Numbered from the stretch's first letter, positions 1 to 9,995 are shown. The stretch is 64,000 nucleotides of DNA from Alphaproteobacteria bacterium (GCA_040222995.1 JAVKBW010000008.1:12729-76728), one strand, 5' to 3'. Notes: generated by a model from the sequence alone, not told the origin. Numbers and translations: made by a program.

Positions 1-266
1 ACCGCAAGGCGTTCTGGTCGGCCAACGCTGCCTCCAAGGCCGCTTTGGAAACCCTGGTGCAGACCTATGCGATGGAAGTGCAGAAAACGCCGCTGCGGGT
101 AAATCTCGTCGATCCCGGCCCGGTCGCCACCAACCTGCGGGCGATGGCCTATCCGGGCGAAGACCCGTCAACCCTGCCGAAGCCGGACGATGTCGCCGGC
201 CTGTTCGTCGATGCCGCCCTGCCCTCGTTTCAGGGGCACAGGCAGGTTATCGAGCCCGCAAAATAA
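1..266 (+). CDS. Short-chain dehydrogenase/reductase, C-terminal fragment (N-terminus lies upstream of the window)
   Basis: Frame 3 is open from the window edge. The translation ...SANAASKAALETLVQTYAMEV...LRVNLVDPGPVAT matches the SDR catalytic xxxK segment and the following PG motif. Stop at 264-266. Confidence 0.6.
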   Translation, partial: RKAFWSANAASKAALETLVQTYAMEVQKTPLRVNLVDPGPVATNLRAMAYPGEDPSTLPKPDDVAGLFVDAALPSFQGHRQVIEPAK

Positions 267-286
267 TTTAATTCCGGCTATTCGGT

Positions 287-1723
287 TCAGGGACCGATTT
301 GCCGTCCCATCTCGGGCGCGGAACCGGGATCGATAACTTTCAATTCGCCGTGTTCGGAAACCACGACGCGGTTTCGCCCGGCCTCCTTCGCCGCATACAA
401 AGCCTCGTCGGCGCGGCGGATCAGGCTTTCGCCGGTATCGCCGGGCTCGGCCGGCGCGACGCCAATGGAAATCGTCACGGTCTGGCTGGTGCCGACCGAT
501 GACATTTCGAACGGCGTATCGGCGACGGTTTTTCTGATCCGCTCGCAGACGATCTTGGCGATGTCCATTTCGGTGTCCGGCATGACGGCGACGAATTCCT
601 CGCCGCCGATCCGGGCGACAAGGTCGACCGCCCGAACGTTCAGGTTAACCCGCATCGCAAGTTCAACCAGCACTTCGTCGCCGGCACCGTGCCCGAACGT
701 GTCGTTGACCTTCTTGAAGAAATCGATGTCGAAGACCATCAGGGCCAGCGGCTTGTTGTTGCGGGCGTGGCGCTGGATCATGCTGTCCAGATGCGCTGTC
801 AGATAACGCCGGTTGTAGGCGCCGGTCAGCGGATCGGTCAGCGCCAGGACAAGGCTGCGTTCGTAGTTTTCACGCAGCCGTTCCTGATAGCGCTGGCGCT
901 TGATCTGGGTTCGCGCGCGGGCCAGAAACTCGTTCCTGTCGATCGGCTTCAGCAGATAGTCGTTGACCCCAAGGTCCAGCCCCTTGGCCACTCTGTTGAG
1001 ATCCTGATCTTCGGCGAGAACCAGGATCGGCGTGTACCGGGTCGACTCGTTGGCCCGCAACTGACTGACGAACCGAAGCGGGTCGTCTTCGTGCATGTCG
1101 AGGTTCACGACCACGAGGTCGAAGGACGTATCGTCGGCAAGCACGTGGCGCGCCGCGTCGATTGAATTGCTGTGCAGGATATTCGCCGATTCAGTTTCCA
1201 GCGCGTCCCGGACCCGCTTGAGATCGTTTTCATTATCCTCGACCACCAGGACATGCGCGCCGCTGGTGTCGGCTTCGGTCAGGACATTGCCTTTTTCCAG
1301 CACGCCGAAGCGGTCGGATGTCTGTTCGCGCAGCCGCCATTCGTCGGTGAGAATTTTCAACCGGACGAGCGAGCGCACCCGTGCGAACAGGGCCGTGTCG
1401 TTCAGCGGTTTGGTCAGGAAATCGTCCGCCCCCGATTCCAGACCGCGCACGCGGTCGGCCGGGTCGGACAGGGCGGTCACCATGACAACGGGAATATGGG
1501 TGGTTTCCGGGTCGGCCTTGATGGCCTCGCACACCTCGAATCCGTCCATGCCGGGCATCATGACATCCAGCAGAACCAGGTCCGGCGAATGTATCCGCAG
1601 CGACTCCAGCGCGGACGGTCCGTCCATGGCCGTCACAACGTCAAAATACTCGCTCTGAAGTTTCGCCTCCAGCAGCTTCACATTCGGAAAAAGATCATCG
1701 ACAACCAAAATGCGCGCTGTCAT
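287..1723 (-). CDS. pleD: PleD-type response regulator diguanylate cyclase (REC-REC-GGDEF)
   Basis: 478-aa ORF with two receiver domains (ILVVDD..., HVLVVEDNEND...). The C-terminal GGDEF domain has a GGEEF active site preceded by RAVD (an RxxD I-site). It lies directly downstream of a divK-like gene. Confidence 0.9.
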   Translation of the reverse strand: MTARILVVDDLFPNVKLLEAKLQSEYFDVVTAMDGPSALESLRIHSPDLVLLDVMMPGMDGFEVCEAIKADPETTHIPVVMVTALSDPADRVRGLESGADDFLTKPLNDTALFARVRSLVRLKILTDEWRLREQTSDRFGVLEKGNVLTEADTSGAHVLVVEDNENDLKRVRDALETESANILHSNSIDAARHVLADDTSFDLVVVNLDMHEDDPLRFVSQLRANESTRYTPILVLAEDQDLNRVAKGLDLGVNDYLLKPIDRNEFLARARTQIKRQRYQERLRENYERSLVLALTDPLTGAYNRRYLTAHLDSMIQRHARNNKPLALMVFDIDFFKKVNDTFGHGAGDEVLVELAMRVNLNVRAVDLVARIGGEEFVAVMPDTEMDIAKIVCERIRKTVADTPFEMSSVGTSQTVTISIGVAPAEPGDTGESLIRRADEALYAAKEAGRNRVVVSEHGELKVIDPGSAPEMGRQIGP

Positions 1724-1783
1724 GAAAAACCCTGACCCGCCGTCATCGTAACGCGACGTAGTTCATGTGGGATCCGCACCGTA

Positions 1784-2149
1784 TCAGTTAAGAAATTTTT
1801 CGACAGTCGCGAGGAAACTACTCACGGATATCGGTTTTGCAATATAGGCCTCGCATCCGCCTTCGCGAATCTTTTCTTCATCGCCTTTCATTGCAAATGC
1901 TGTAACCGCGATAATGGGTATCTGCTTCAGATCGTCGTCTTCCTTGATCCATTTGGTGACTTCCAGACCCGAAACCTCCGGCAACTGGATATCCATAAGA
2001 ATCAGGTCCGGCCGTTCGGTGCGAGCCATCTTGAGGGCTTCCATACCGTCACGGGTTTCGATGATGTCGTACCCACGGGATTCCAATAGATCGTGAAACA
2101 ATTTCATGTTCAATTCATTGTCTTCGACGATCATTACTTTATGCGTCAT
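1784..2149 (-). CDS. divK: Single-domain response regulator DivK
   Basis: [22 protein letters not shown]...[11 protein letters not shown]...[14 protein letters not shown]...YIAKPI is collinear with DivK. I chose the ATG at 2149 over the track start at 2164. The divK-pleD gene order is conserved. Confidence 0.85.
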   Translation of the reverse strand: MTHKVMIVEDNELNMKLFHDLLESRGYDIIETRDGMEALKMARTERPDLILMDIQLPEVSGLEVTKWIKEDDDLKQIPIIAVTAFAMKGDEEKIREGGCEAYIAKPISVSSFLATVEKFLN

Positions 2150-2278
2150 GCATTCACGTCCCATGGTCTGTTAAAACAGTAATCTGTAAGCGGGCTGATT
2201 GTGCCTTGTAAATACTGGCAAATAAAGCCCGGACAACGGCATAATCTAACCTGAGAATCGTTATCAAAGTGTTTACGG

Positions 2279-3184
2279 ATGCAAATCGGACTGGATATCG
2301 GCGGAACGAAGATCGAAGCCCTTCTGCTGACCGCCGAAGGGGCGGTCGCTGAGCGTCTGCGCTGTCCTTCCGTAAAACACGATTATCCTGGAACTATTCA
2401 GGCAATTCAATCGCTTGTCAGCCAGCTCGATGCCGTCGCAGACACAAGGTGCAGCATCGGCGCCGGCATGCCCGGCGCCTTTTCGCGGGAAACCGGGCTG
2501 GTGAAGAACGCAAACTCGACCTGGCTGATCGGCAAACCGTTTAAGGCCGATCTGGCCGAAGCGCTGGGGCGGCCGGTCGCGATCAGCAACGACGCCAACT
2601 GCTTCGCCCTGTCGGAAGCGACAGACGGGGCGGCGGCCGGCGCGGCAGTGGTTTTCGGCGTGATTCTCGGCACCGGCGTCGGCGGCGGGCTGGTCATAAA
2701 CGGTCGGGTGATCGAGGGGCCGAACGCCATCGCCGGCGAATGGGGACACAACCCCCTGCCCTGGCCGACAGACAACGAACGCCCCGGTAACCCGTGTTAT
2801 TGCGGTAAATACGGCTGTATCGAGACGTTTCTTTCCGGCCCCGGCCTGTCGGCGCATATCGAGGCGATGACCGGCGAATGGCTGGATGCCGCCGAAATCG
2901 CGCGCCGCGCCGATGGCGGCGACCCGGTTTGCGAGAGCCAGATGCGGCTGTACGAAGACCGTTTGGCGCGCGGGCTTTCCCATGTCATCAACATCGTCGA
3001 CCCGGATGTCATCGTGCTGGGCGGCGGGTTGTCGAATATCGGCCGGCTTTACCCCAATACCGCTGCCCTGCTGCCCCGCTATGTGTTTTCTGACAGCGTT
3101 AGAACCCGGCTCGTGCCGCCGGAATTCGGCGATTCGAGCGGTGTCAGGGGGGCGGCCTGGCTCGGGGCGGCTTCGGGATCATGA
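2279..3184 (+). CDS. ROK-family sugar kinase (N-acetylglucosamine/glucose kinase-like)
   Basis: N-terminal LDIGGTK ATP-binding motif, GEWGH, and a CxCGxxGCxE zinc motif ([10 protein letters not shown]) typical of ROK kinases. Confidence 0.8.
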   Translation: MQIGLDIGGTKIEALLLTAEGAVAERLRCPSVKHDYPGTIQAIQSLVSQLDAVADTRCSIGAGMPGAFSRETGLVKNANSTWLIGKPFKADLAEALGRPVAISNDANCFALSEATDGAAAGAAVVFGVILGTGVGGGLVINGRVIEGPNAIAGEWGHNPLPWPTDNERPGNPCYCGKYGCIETFLSGPGLSAHIEAMTGEWLDAAEIARRADGGDPVCESQMRLYEDRLARGLSHVINIVDPDVIVLGGGLSNIGRLYPNTAALLPRYVFSDSVRTRLVPPEFGDSSGVRGAAWLGAASGS

Positions 3185-4455
3185 AAACCGCCTTCGGTCA
3201 GTTCCTGTGCCGGACCTGCCTATCACAATACTGTGATACAAAGGATTATCCCCTCATCTGCCCGAACTGCGGGTCGACGCGGGTAAAGGTGCATCCCGAA
3301 CTGCATGACCTGTCGATTGCCCATATCGACTGCGACGCCTTCTATGCATCGGTTGAAAAACGCGACAACCCGGCCTTGCGCGACCGCCCGGTGATCGTCG
3401 GCGGCGGCCGGCGCGGCGTCGTTTCGGCTGCGTGCTATGTGTCGCGCCTGTATGGCGTGCGGTCGGCCATGCCGATGTTCAAGGCGTTGCAGGCCTGCCC
3501 CGACGCTGTCGTGATACGGCCGAACATGCAGAAATACAGCGCAGTCGGCCGCGAAATCAAAGCGCTGATGCTGGATGTCACGCCAGCGGTCGAACCGTTG
3601 TCCATAGATGAAGCCTTTCTGGATCTGACCGGCACCGAACGCCTGCACGGCGGCAGCCCGGCGACGACGCTGGCGCGGCTGGTTCTGCGCATCCAGTCGG
3701 AAATCGGCGTCACCGCCTCAATCGGCCTCAGCTTCAACAAGTTCCTCGCGAAAATCGCCAGCGATCTCGACAAGCCGCGCGGCTTCGCGATCATCGGCCA
3801 GGCCGAGGCGCTGAATTTTCTGGCCGACAAGCCGGTCGGCCTGATCTGGGGCGTCGGCAAGGCTTTGCGCAAAAAGCTGCTGCAGGACGGCATCGAAACC
3901 ATCGGCCAGATCAGGCAGCAGGAAGAGGCCTGGCTGATCGCCCAGTACGGCGCGATGGGCCGGCGGCTTTACAACTTCTCTCGCGGGCTGGATGTCAGAC
4001 AGGTCGATCCCGGCGACGCGACCAAGAGCATTTCATCGGAAACCACGTTCGATACGGATATTTCCGACAAGGCGACGCTAATGAAAAAACTTTGGCCGCT
4101 CTGTGAAACGGTCGCCCGGCGTCTGAAGGCCCAGAATTACGCCGCCCGAACCGTAACCTTGAAATTGAAGACAAAAGACTTCAAAACGCTTTCCCGAAAC
4201 CGAACACTGGCAAGTCCGACACAATTGGCCGAAACACTGTACCGGACCGGATCCGCGGTTCTGGAAAAGGAAGCGGACGGTCGTAAGTTCAGATTGCTGG
4301 GAATCGGCGGCGCCGACCTGGTCGATCCGGGCAATGCCGACCCGCCCGATCTGGCGGACCCGGATGCGGCGAAACGGGCGAATGTCGAACGGGCGATTGA
4401 TAAGGTCCGGGCGAAACTGGGTGACACGGCGGTCAGAAAAGGCCGTGGATTGTAA
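3181..4455 (+). CDS. dinB: DNA polymerase IV (Y-family) with N-terminal zinc-ribbon extension
   Basis: [19 protein letters not shown]...[11 protein letters not shown] are the Y-family catalytic motifs. The N-terminus carries CRTC...CPNC. The start overlaps the ROK stop (ATGA). Confidence 0.9.
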   Translation: MKTAFGQFLCRTCLSQYCDTKDYPLICPNCGSTRVKVHPELHDLSIAHIDCDAFYASVEKRDNPALRDRPVIVGGGRRGVVSAACYVSRLYGVRSAMPMFKALQACPDAVVIRPNMQKYSAVGREIKALMLDVTPAVEPLSIDEAFLDLTGTERLHGGSPATTLARLVLRIQSEIGVTASIGLSFNKFLAKIASDLDKPRGFAIIGQAEALNFLADKPVGLIWGVGKALRKKLLQDGIETIGQIRQQEEAWLIAQYGAMGRRLYNFSRGLDVRQVDPGDATKSISSETTFDTDISDKATLMKKLWPLCETVARRLKAQNYAARTVTLKLKTKDFKTLSRNRTLASPTQLAETLYRTGSAVLEKEADGRKFRLLGIGGADLVDPGNADPPDLADPDAAKRANVERAIDKVRAKLGDTAVRKGRGL

Positions 4456-4505
4456 AGCAACACCGCCCGGCGCAACGGCCGGTACGGAGAACTGGGGAGA
4501 GAAGA

Positions 4506-5474
4506 ATGGCGACGAAACCGAAACTGATGCTGGCGAGAAAGTTTCCTGACGATGTGGAAGCCCGGATCGAACAGAGCTACGACGTGGTCTGGAACAAGGA
4601 AGACGTCGTTCTGAGCGCCGACGATATCGTCAGCCGCGCCGAAGGCTGCGACGCCATCATGGTCAGTCCGACCGACAAGATCGACGCCGACGTCATTAGC
4701 CGGCTGCCGGACAGCGTAAAGATGATCGCCACCTTCTCGGTCGGTTTCGACCATGTCGACGTCAAGGCCGCGACGGCGAAAGGACTGGTCGTTTCGAACA
4801 CGCCCGACGTGCTGACCGACGCCACCGCCGATATCGCCATGCTGTGCATGCTGGGCGCGGCGCGTCTGGCCTACGCATCGGAATGCCTGCTGCGGGAACG
4901 CCGCTGGAAACGCTGGACGCCGACCGAACTGCTGGGCGTGCAGGTCACCGGCAAGCGCCTCGGCATCTACGGCATGGGCCGCATCGGCCGCGCCGTCGCG
5001 CAGCGCGCCCGCGGTTTCAACATGGACATCCTGTATCATGACATGGTCGAACTGCCGAAGGATCTGGTCGGCGACGCCACCTACTACGCCAATGTCGAGG
5101 ACATGCTGCCGCATTGCGATTTCCTGACCCTGCATTGCCCGCTGACGCCGGAAACCCACCATTTCCTGAACGAAAAGCGCATCAACACGATGCCGCAGAA
5201 CGCCGTTGTCATTAACACCGCGCGCGGACCGGTGATTGACGACGACGCCCTGATTGCGGCGCTGAAATCCGGCCGTCTGGCGGGCGCCGGCCTTGACGTT
5301 TTCGAAGGCGAGCCGAAAATCAATCCCGGCTATTTCGATCTGCCGAACGCGTTCATCCTGCCGCATATCGGCTCGGCGACCGTGGAAACCCGAAACGCAA
5401 TGGGCTTCCTGTGCGTCGATAACCTGGATGCCTTCTTCGCCGGCAAGGAAATGCCGACGCAGGTGAAACTGTAA
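4506..5474 (+). CDS. D-isomer-specific 2-hydroxyacid dehydrogenase (glyoxylate/hydroxypyruvate reductase-like)
   Basis: GIYGMGRIGRAVAQRA NAD-binding loop, the NTARG motif and PHIGSAT near the C-terminus. Confidence 0.85.
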   Translation: MATKPKLMLARKFPDDVEARIEQSYDVVWNKEDVVLSADDIVSRAEGCDAIMVSPTDKIDADVISRLPDSVKMIATFSVGFDHVDVKAATAKGLVVSNTPDVLTDATADIAMLCMLGAARLAYASECLLRERRWKRWTPTELLGVQVTGKRLGIYGMGRIGRAVAQRARGFNMDILYHDMVELPKDLVGDATYYANVEDMLPHCDFLTLHCPLTPETHHFLNEKRINTMPQNAVVINTARGPVIDDDALIAALKSGRLAGAGLDVFEGEPKINPGYFDLPNAFILPHIGSATVETRNAMGFLCVDNLDAFFAGKEMPTQVKL

Positions 5475-5493
5475 GGGTAAGGGAGACACGGGC

Positions 5494-6174
5494 ATGGCGG
5501 AAAAGGCACTGATCGTCGGAGCAGGCAGCGGGTTGAGCGCCTGCCTCGCCCGGCTGTTCCACAACGAAGGCATGGATGTCGCCGTGGCCGCCCGCCGGGT
5601 CGACAACATCCAGCCGCTGGCCGACGAGGTTGGCGGCAAGGCCTACCGCTGCGATGTCGCGGAGGCGGACGATGTGGCCGCGCTGTTCGACGCGGTCGAT
5701 GCCGATATGGGCGCGCCCGATATCGTTGTCTTCAACCCGTCGAAACGCAGCCGCGGACCGCTGGTCGACCTCGACCCGGAAGAGGTTCGCCAGGCGCTGC
5801 TCGTCACCTGCTACGGCGGTTTTCTGGTCGCCCAGCAGGCGGCGGAGCGGATGCTGAAACGCGGCAGCGGGTCGATCCTGCTGACCGGGGCTTCCGCCGG
5901 GGTGAAGGGTTATCCGAAATCCGCTCCGTTCGCGATGGGCAAGTTCGGCCTGCGCGGCCTCGCCCAGAGCATGGCGCGCGAGCTGCACCCGCAGAATGTC
6001 CATATCGGCCATTTCGTGATCGACGGCAGCATCGCCCCGCCCGGCGAAAGCGGCGACAACGACAACCGCCTCAGCCCGGAATCGATCGCCGAAACCTACC
6101 TGCAGTTCCACCGGCAGCACCGCAGCGCCTGGGCCTGGGAAATCGAACTGCGCCCGTGGGTGGAGACGTTCTGA
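5494..6174 (+). CDS. SDR-family oxidoreductase
   Basis: N-terminal IVGAGSGLS glycine-rich loop and a 226-aa Rossmann-type sequence. Confidence 0.75.
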   Translation: MAEKALIVGAGSGLSACLARLFHNEGMDVAVAARRVDNIQPLADEVGGKAYRCDVAEADDVAALFDAVDADMGAPDIVVFNPSKRSRGPLVDLDPEEVRQALLVTCYGGFLVAQQAAERMLKRGSGSILLTGASAGVKGYPKSAPFAMGKFGLRGLAQSMARELHPQNVHIGHFVIDGSIAPPGESGDNDNRLSPESIAETYLQFHRQHRSAWAWEIELRPWVETF

Positions 6175-6229
6175 CGGTTACGCGCACAATCATATACATT
6201 TTCATGCGCATGGTTTATGCTCATTTCTT

Positions 6230-6472
6230 ATGAACCATACCCGCACCAAACCGGCGAAACGCGCTGCCAACCTGTCGATTGACGCCGATCTTCTGGATGA
6301 GGCGAAAGCGATGGGCATTAACGTCTCCACATCTGCGGAAACCGGCATTCGCACAGCTGTAAAAACAGCAAAAGAACAGCAATGGTTAAAAGACAACGCA
6401 GCGGCCATAGACGGTAAAAATCGCTGGGTTGCAGAACACGGTCTGCCGCTGGCCAAGTACAGACAATTCTAG
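6230..6472 (+). CDS. ccdA: Type II antitoxin CcdA
   Basis: 80-aa protein. KRAANLSIDADLLDEAKAMGINVS...WLKDNAAAIDGKNRWVAEHGLPLAKYRQF matches the CcdA family. Its stop overlaps the start of the downstream ccdB (TAGTG). Confidence 0.8.
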   Translation: MNHTRTKPAKRAANLSIDADLLDEAKAMGINVSTSAETGIRTAVKTAKEQQWLKDNAAAIDGKNRWVAEHGLPLAKYRQF

Positions 6473-6771
6473 TGTCACGGTTTGACGTATATCGGACACC
6501 AAATTCAGACAGTCTGTTGCTGGACGTCCAAAGCGATTTACTTGGTCGCCTGGATACGCGTGTTGTTGTGCCTCTATACGCTCTCGAACAGGCACCACCG
6601 AAAGCTGACGGGTTAAACCCGATATTCATTATCGATGACGTAACCTACATGATGGCGACAGAACAGATTTCTGCTGTTCCGATGAACCTGTTGGATGAAC
6701 CAATAACCAACCTGTCCGACAAATTCGCCGAAATAACCGGCGCGCTGGACTTTCTGTTCCAGGGGTTCTGA
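6472..6771 (+). CDS. ccdB: Type II toxin CcdB (gyrase poison family)
   Basis: MSRFDVYRTP....LLLDVQSDLL..LDTRVVVPL is the CcdB N-terminal signature. It is translationally coupled to ccdA. Confidence 0.8.
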   Translation: MSRFDVYRTPNSDSLLLDVQSDLLGRLDTRVVVPLYALEQAPPKADGLNPIFIIDDVTYMMATEQISAVPMNLLDEPITNLSDKFAEITGALDFLFQGF

Positions 6772-6834
6772 CCCGGAATCCGATTCCCACTTTCCGCCCT
6801 TCAATCGGCAAAGACTGCCTGTGCCTTTCCGGCC

Positions 6835-6842
6835 ATGGTTAA
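6835..6842 (-). promoter_or_regulatory. TTAACCAT (CtrA 8-mer type) motif upstream of the GGDEF gene
   Basis: The plus strand reads ATGGTTAA, which is TTAACCAT on the minus strand. It lies about 136 nt upstream of the preferred start at 6971. Confidence 0.35.
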
Positions 6843-6880
6843 CCGCCGTTCCGATTCAGAAAACCGGAACAGCCGCCTAT

Positions 6881-6888
6881 ATGGTTAA
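6881..6888 (-). promoter_or_regulatory. Second TTAACCAT motif upstream of the GGDEF gene
   Basis: The plus strand reads ATGGTTAA, 46 nt from the first copy and about 90 nt upstream of the start at 6971. Confidence 0.35.
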
Positions 6889-6970
6889 CAAAAGATTGGC
6901 ACGGGCGTTGCGACATTCCTGTCGAGACACGGCTTGGAGAGGCCGTGACATGAGAGACGGGAGAAAAACA

Positions 6971-7765
6971 ATGTCTGACGTATCGCATTCGAGCACCGGG
7001 CCGGACCGGCATGACCGACCCACCAGGCGGGCGCGCCTTTCCGATCAACTGGCGACAATCGCAAACGAACTTATTGAAGCTGTCGGCGTGCCATCGCAAA
7101 AAGAAAGCGATGCAGGCTCTTCAAACCCTTACAGAAAACTTCTTAAAAAAGCGATGGCGCTGGCCGTCAGCGCCAGGCGCGAGCTTGACCGGCGGGATTC
7201 CGAGATCGCCCGGTTGAAACAGTTGTCGATAACCGATGAGGTGACCCGGCTGCTGAACCGGCGCGGCTTCGACTACGCCATCGACCGGGCGCTTGGCCGC
7301 GCCCGGCGGTTCGACGAAACCGGTCTTGTCATGCTGATCGATCTCGACGGGTTCAAACAGATCAACGATACCTTCGGCCATCAGGCCGGCGACCTTGTGC
7401 TTGCCTCCGTCGCCACATTGTTGCGGGTCAATACCCGCGATATCGACGACGTGGCGCGGATCGGCGGCGACGAATTCGCGATTATCCTGACCGGCGTGGA
7501 TGAACTTCTGGGGCAGCAGAAAGCGACCCAGATCGAAACCATGCTGAACAATCTTTCGGTGCCCTGGTCCGGTTTCGGCATTCAGGTCAGGGCGAGTGTG
7601 GGCATCGCCCATTACGACCAGACCGATACCCCGCAGGATATCGTACGGCGGGCGGACGAACGGATGTATTCGCAGAAGCGAAGCCGTCCGTCCCGTCTCA
7701 CTCTCGTGGCAGGAACGGATGTGGCGCCGCAGAAAGCGAGCGTCACCTGCCTTCCGGTGTATTGA
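6971..7765 (+). CDS. GGDEF-domain diguanylate cyclase
   Basis: The C-terminal domain has RIGGDEF, an upstream RxxD (RDID) and a coiled-coil N-terminus. The ATG at 6971 has a GGGAGA Shine-Dalgarno 8 nt upstream. The ORF is open from 6821, so the start is uncertain. Confidence 0.8.
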   Translation: MSDVSHSSTGPDRHDRPTRRARLSDQLATIANELIEAVGVPSQKESDAGSSNPYRKLLKKAMALAVSARRELDRRDSEIARLKQLSITDEVTRLLNRRGFDYAIDRALGRARRFDETGLVMLIDLDGFKQINDTFGHQAGDLVLASVATLLRVNTRDIDDVARIGGDEFAIILTGVDELLGQQKATQIETMLNNLSVPWSGFGIQVRASVGIAHYDQTDTPQDIVRRADERMYSQKRSRPSRLTLVAGTDVAPQKASVTCLPVY

Positions 7766-7920
7766 ATGTCACGCGAGCGGATGGCGCCGAAGCGCCGGCT
7801 GCCGAAAGAAATACCCTGTTCCGGCTTACTCCTTCAGCCTCCCGGCCGGACCCGACGATGGCGCCCCCACCGCCATCGCCTGTACCAGAGACGCCCTGCC
7901 CCGATGGCGTGACGGTACAC

Positions 7921-7958
7921 AGCGACGCTGCTTTCCCCGAGCGGCGTCGCTTCTTTTC
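7921..7958 (+). terminator. Possible intrinsic terminator between convergent GGDEF and fliJ genes
   Basis: An 8-bp stem (AGCGACGC / GCGTCGCT) with a 15-nt loop, followed by TCTTTTC. Confidence 0.3.
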
Positions 7959-7968
7959 AGGATACAGG

Positions 7969-8379
7969 CTATTTCTGGCGATGGGCCTGCAGGCCGACCT
8001 CGTCGAGCACCGCCTGATCCTTCCTGTCCAGATCCTGCCTGTCGGCCTCATCGCGCCGGTCTTTCGTGATTTCGTATTTTTTCTGTTCCTCGAACGCTTC
8101 GGCAAGCTGATCGCGCGCCTGATCGACATAAGGCTGCAACGCCTCGAGCTGCTTTTCCATCGTGGTTCGGTCCGCCTTTGCCCTGGCGGCATACTGGCCG
8201 AAAACAGGGCCGAGATCCGGCGTTTCCGAGGCAACCTTGCGCTCGTGTTCAACGCTCGCTTCCAGCGCGTCGATGCGGCTTTGCACGGCATCGACCTGGG
8301 CCATGACCTCGGCCAGCACCCGGCGTTTGTCATCGACATTGAACTTGGCGAGACGCACCAGTGTCTTCAGCGTTTTCAT
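7969..8379 (-). CDS. fliJ: Flagellar export chaperone FliJ
   Basis: 136-aa, highly charged coiled-coil protein (MKTLKTLVRLAKFNVDDKRR...) immediately downstream of fliI. Confidence 0.7.
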   Translation of the reverse strand: MKTLKTLVRLAKFNVDDKRRVLAEVMAQVDAVQSRIDALEASVEHERKVASETPDLGPVFGQYAARAKADRTTMEKQLEALQPYVDQARDQLAEAFEEQKKYEITKDRRDEADRQDLDRKDQAVLDEVGLQAHRQK

Positions 8380-8382
8380 GGA

Positions 8383-9759
8383 TTACGATCCGGTATTCGG
8401 TTCCGGTGGCGCTTCATCGGTCTCGCCGTAGGACATGTCCAGAATCTCCGCCAGCCTCATATAGCCGGATTCCAGATCGGCCTGCTCATCCTTGCCTTGA
8501 CCGATGAATTCATCAAGTTGGGGGTAGTAGTGAATGGCCTGATCGACCGTCGGGTCCGATCCCTTGCGGTAGGCGCCGAGGCGGATCAGCTCCGCCATGT
8601 CGTCATAGGCGGACAGCAACTGGCGCGCCTGATTGACCAGGGTATTCTGATCCTCGTTATTGCAGGCCGGCATCGACCGGGAAACCGAGCGCAGGATGTT
8701 CACCGCCGGATAGCGGTTACGGTGCGCGATCGTGCGGTCCAGTACGATATGGCCGTCGAGAATGCCGCGTACCGCATCGGCAATCGGTTCGTTGTGGTCA
8801 TCACCTTCGACCAGCACCGTGAACAGGCCGGTGATGCTGCCGTTGCCGGTGCCCGGCCCGGCCCGTTCGAGCAGACGCGGCAGTTCGGCGAAAACCGTCG
8901 GCGTGTACCCCTTGCTGGCCGGGGGTTCGCCGGCGCTGAGCCCGATTTCCCGCTGCGCCATGGCGAACCGGGTAACGCTGTCCATCAGGCACAAAACGTC
9001 CTTGCCCTGATCGCGGAAATATTCGGCGACCGCCATCGTCATATAGGCGGCTTCACGGCGCATCAACGCGGATTCGTCGGACGTGGCGACCACGACGACA
9101 CTGCGTTCCAGACCGTCCGGTCCCAGTTCGTCCTGAATGAATTCCTGCACCTCCCGGCCACGTTCGCCGACCAGTCCGATGACGATAACTTCGGCGCTGG
9201 AAAACCGCGCCATCATCGACATCAGGATCGATTTCCCGACACCCGAGCCGGCGAAAATACCCATTCTCTGACCGAGGCAGCACGTCGTAAATGTGTTCAG
9301 ACACCGCACGCCGAGGTCGATCTTGCCGCCCAGCCGGTTCCGCGCATGAGCGGGCGGCGGCTGGTTTCTCACCGGATAGGGCTGCTCGCCCCGCGGCAAC
9401 GGCACACCGCCGTCCAGCGGTTCGCCGAACGCATTGATGACACGGCCCAGCCATCCGTCATGCGGTCGGACGACGGGTTCGGAATCGATCAGCTCGGCAT
9501 CGCATCCCTGCCCGACGCCGATCAGTTGCCCGTACGGCATCGCCAGCGCCAGCCCGTCGCGAAAGCCGACGACTTCGCAGCGCACCCGCTTGTTGCCGCG
9601 CGCCACAAGGTTGCACCGGTCGCCGATCGACAAATGGCTTGAAACGCCGCCGATTTCCACCAACATGCCTTGAATGGCGGCAACGCGGCCGACGATTCGC
9701 GTCGCCGGCATCCGGTCAAGATCGGCGTTCAGACCTTCCAGGGCGTTTGACAGACCCAT
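8383..9759 (-). CDS. fliI: Flagellum-specific type III secretion ATPase FliI
   Basis: Walker A GSGVGKS, Walker B VLCLMDSVTR, and an F1/FliI-type C-terminus. I chose the ATG at 9759 (MGLSNALEG...) over the track start at 9846. Confidence 0.9.
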   Translation of the reverse strand: MGLSNALEGLNADLDRMPATRIVGRVAAIQGMLVEIGGVSSHLSIGDRCNLVARGNKRVRCEVVGFRDGLALAMPYGQLIGVGQGCDAELIDSEPVVRPHDGWLGRVINAFGEPLDGGVPLPRGEQPYPVRNQPPPAHARNRLGGKIDLGVRCLNTFTTCCLGQRMGIFAGSGVGKSILMSMMARFSSAEVIVIGLVGERGREVQEFIQDELGPDGLERSVVVVATSDESALMRREAAYMTMAVAEYFRDQGKDVLCLMDSVTRFAMAQREIGLSAGEPPASKGYTPTVFAELPRLLERAGPGTGNGSITGLFTVLVEGDDHNEPIADAVRGILDGHIVLDRTIAHRNRYPAVNILRSVSRSMPACNNEDQNTLVNQARQLLSAYDDMAELIRLGAYRKGSDPTVDQAIHYYPQLDEFIGQGKDEQADLESGYMRLAEILDMSYGETDEAPPEPNTGS

Positions 9760-9857
9760 CGCGTATTTCCGCGCTCCGTTGGAAATGAAAGCAGAACCTA
9801 ACGCGACTCGCGTTCCTGTGCGAGCAATACCGCGCCGAATCGGCAAAAATCAACCGG

Positions 9858-9865
9858 TTAACCAT
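9858..9865 (+). promoter_or_regulatory. TTAACCAT (CtrA 8-mer type) motif in the fliI/ctrA divergent intergenic region
   Basis: Exact TTAACCAT 131 nt upstream of the ctrA ATG (9996) and about 100 nt from the fliI start. Confidence 0.4.
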
Positions 9866-9995
9866 GATTATCAATTCTGGATATATTCTGATACCCTGTA
9901 TCGGGACCTTGCCGACGGGCGGCGGCAATCTATAATTGTTAAGGTATTCCGGTAAGGGATTGGGTTCTGGAACCTGTGATGTGGGACCAAGTGTG

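Noticed and set aside
4137-5639. 500-aa minus-strand ORF, and similar long antisense ORFs at 7762-9642(+), 15253-16473(-), 17340-18509(+), 19965-21095(-), 21836-23725(-), 25152-26807(-), 29348-30607(-), 37773-39581(+), 42591-44681(+) and 45106-46089(+)
   Set aside because: Each lies antisense to, or out of frame with, a gene that has clear family motifs. The translations are Arg/Gly/Ala/Pro-rich, low-complexity and motif-free. This is the usual shadow-ORF artefact of a roughly 63% GC genome.
6382-6389. Fourth ATGGTTAA (TTAACCAT) copy
   Set aside because: It lies inside the ccdA coding sequence (codons for QWLK), so it is unlikely to be a functional CtrA site. It is noted because it tempers the enrichment argument for the other three copies.
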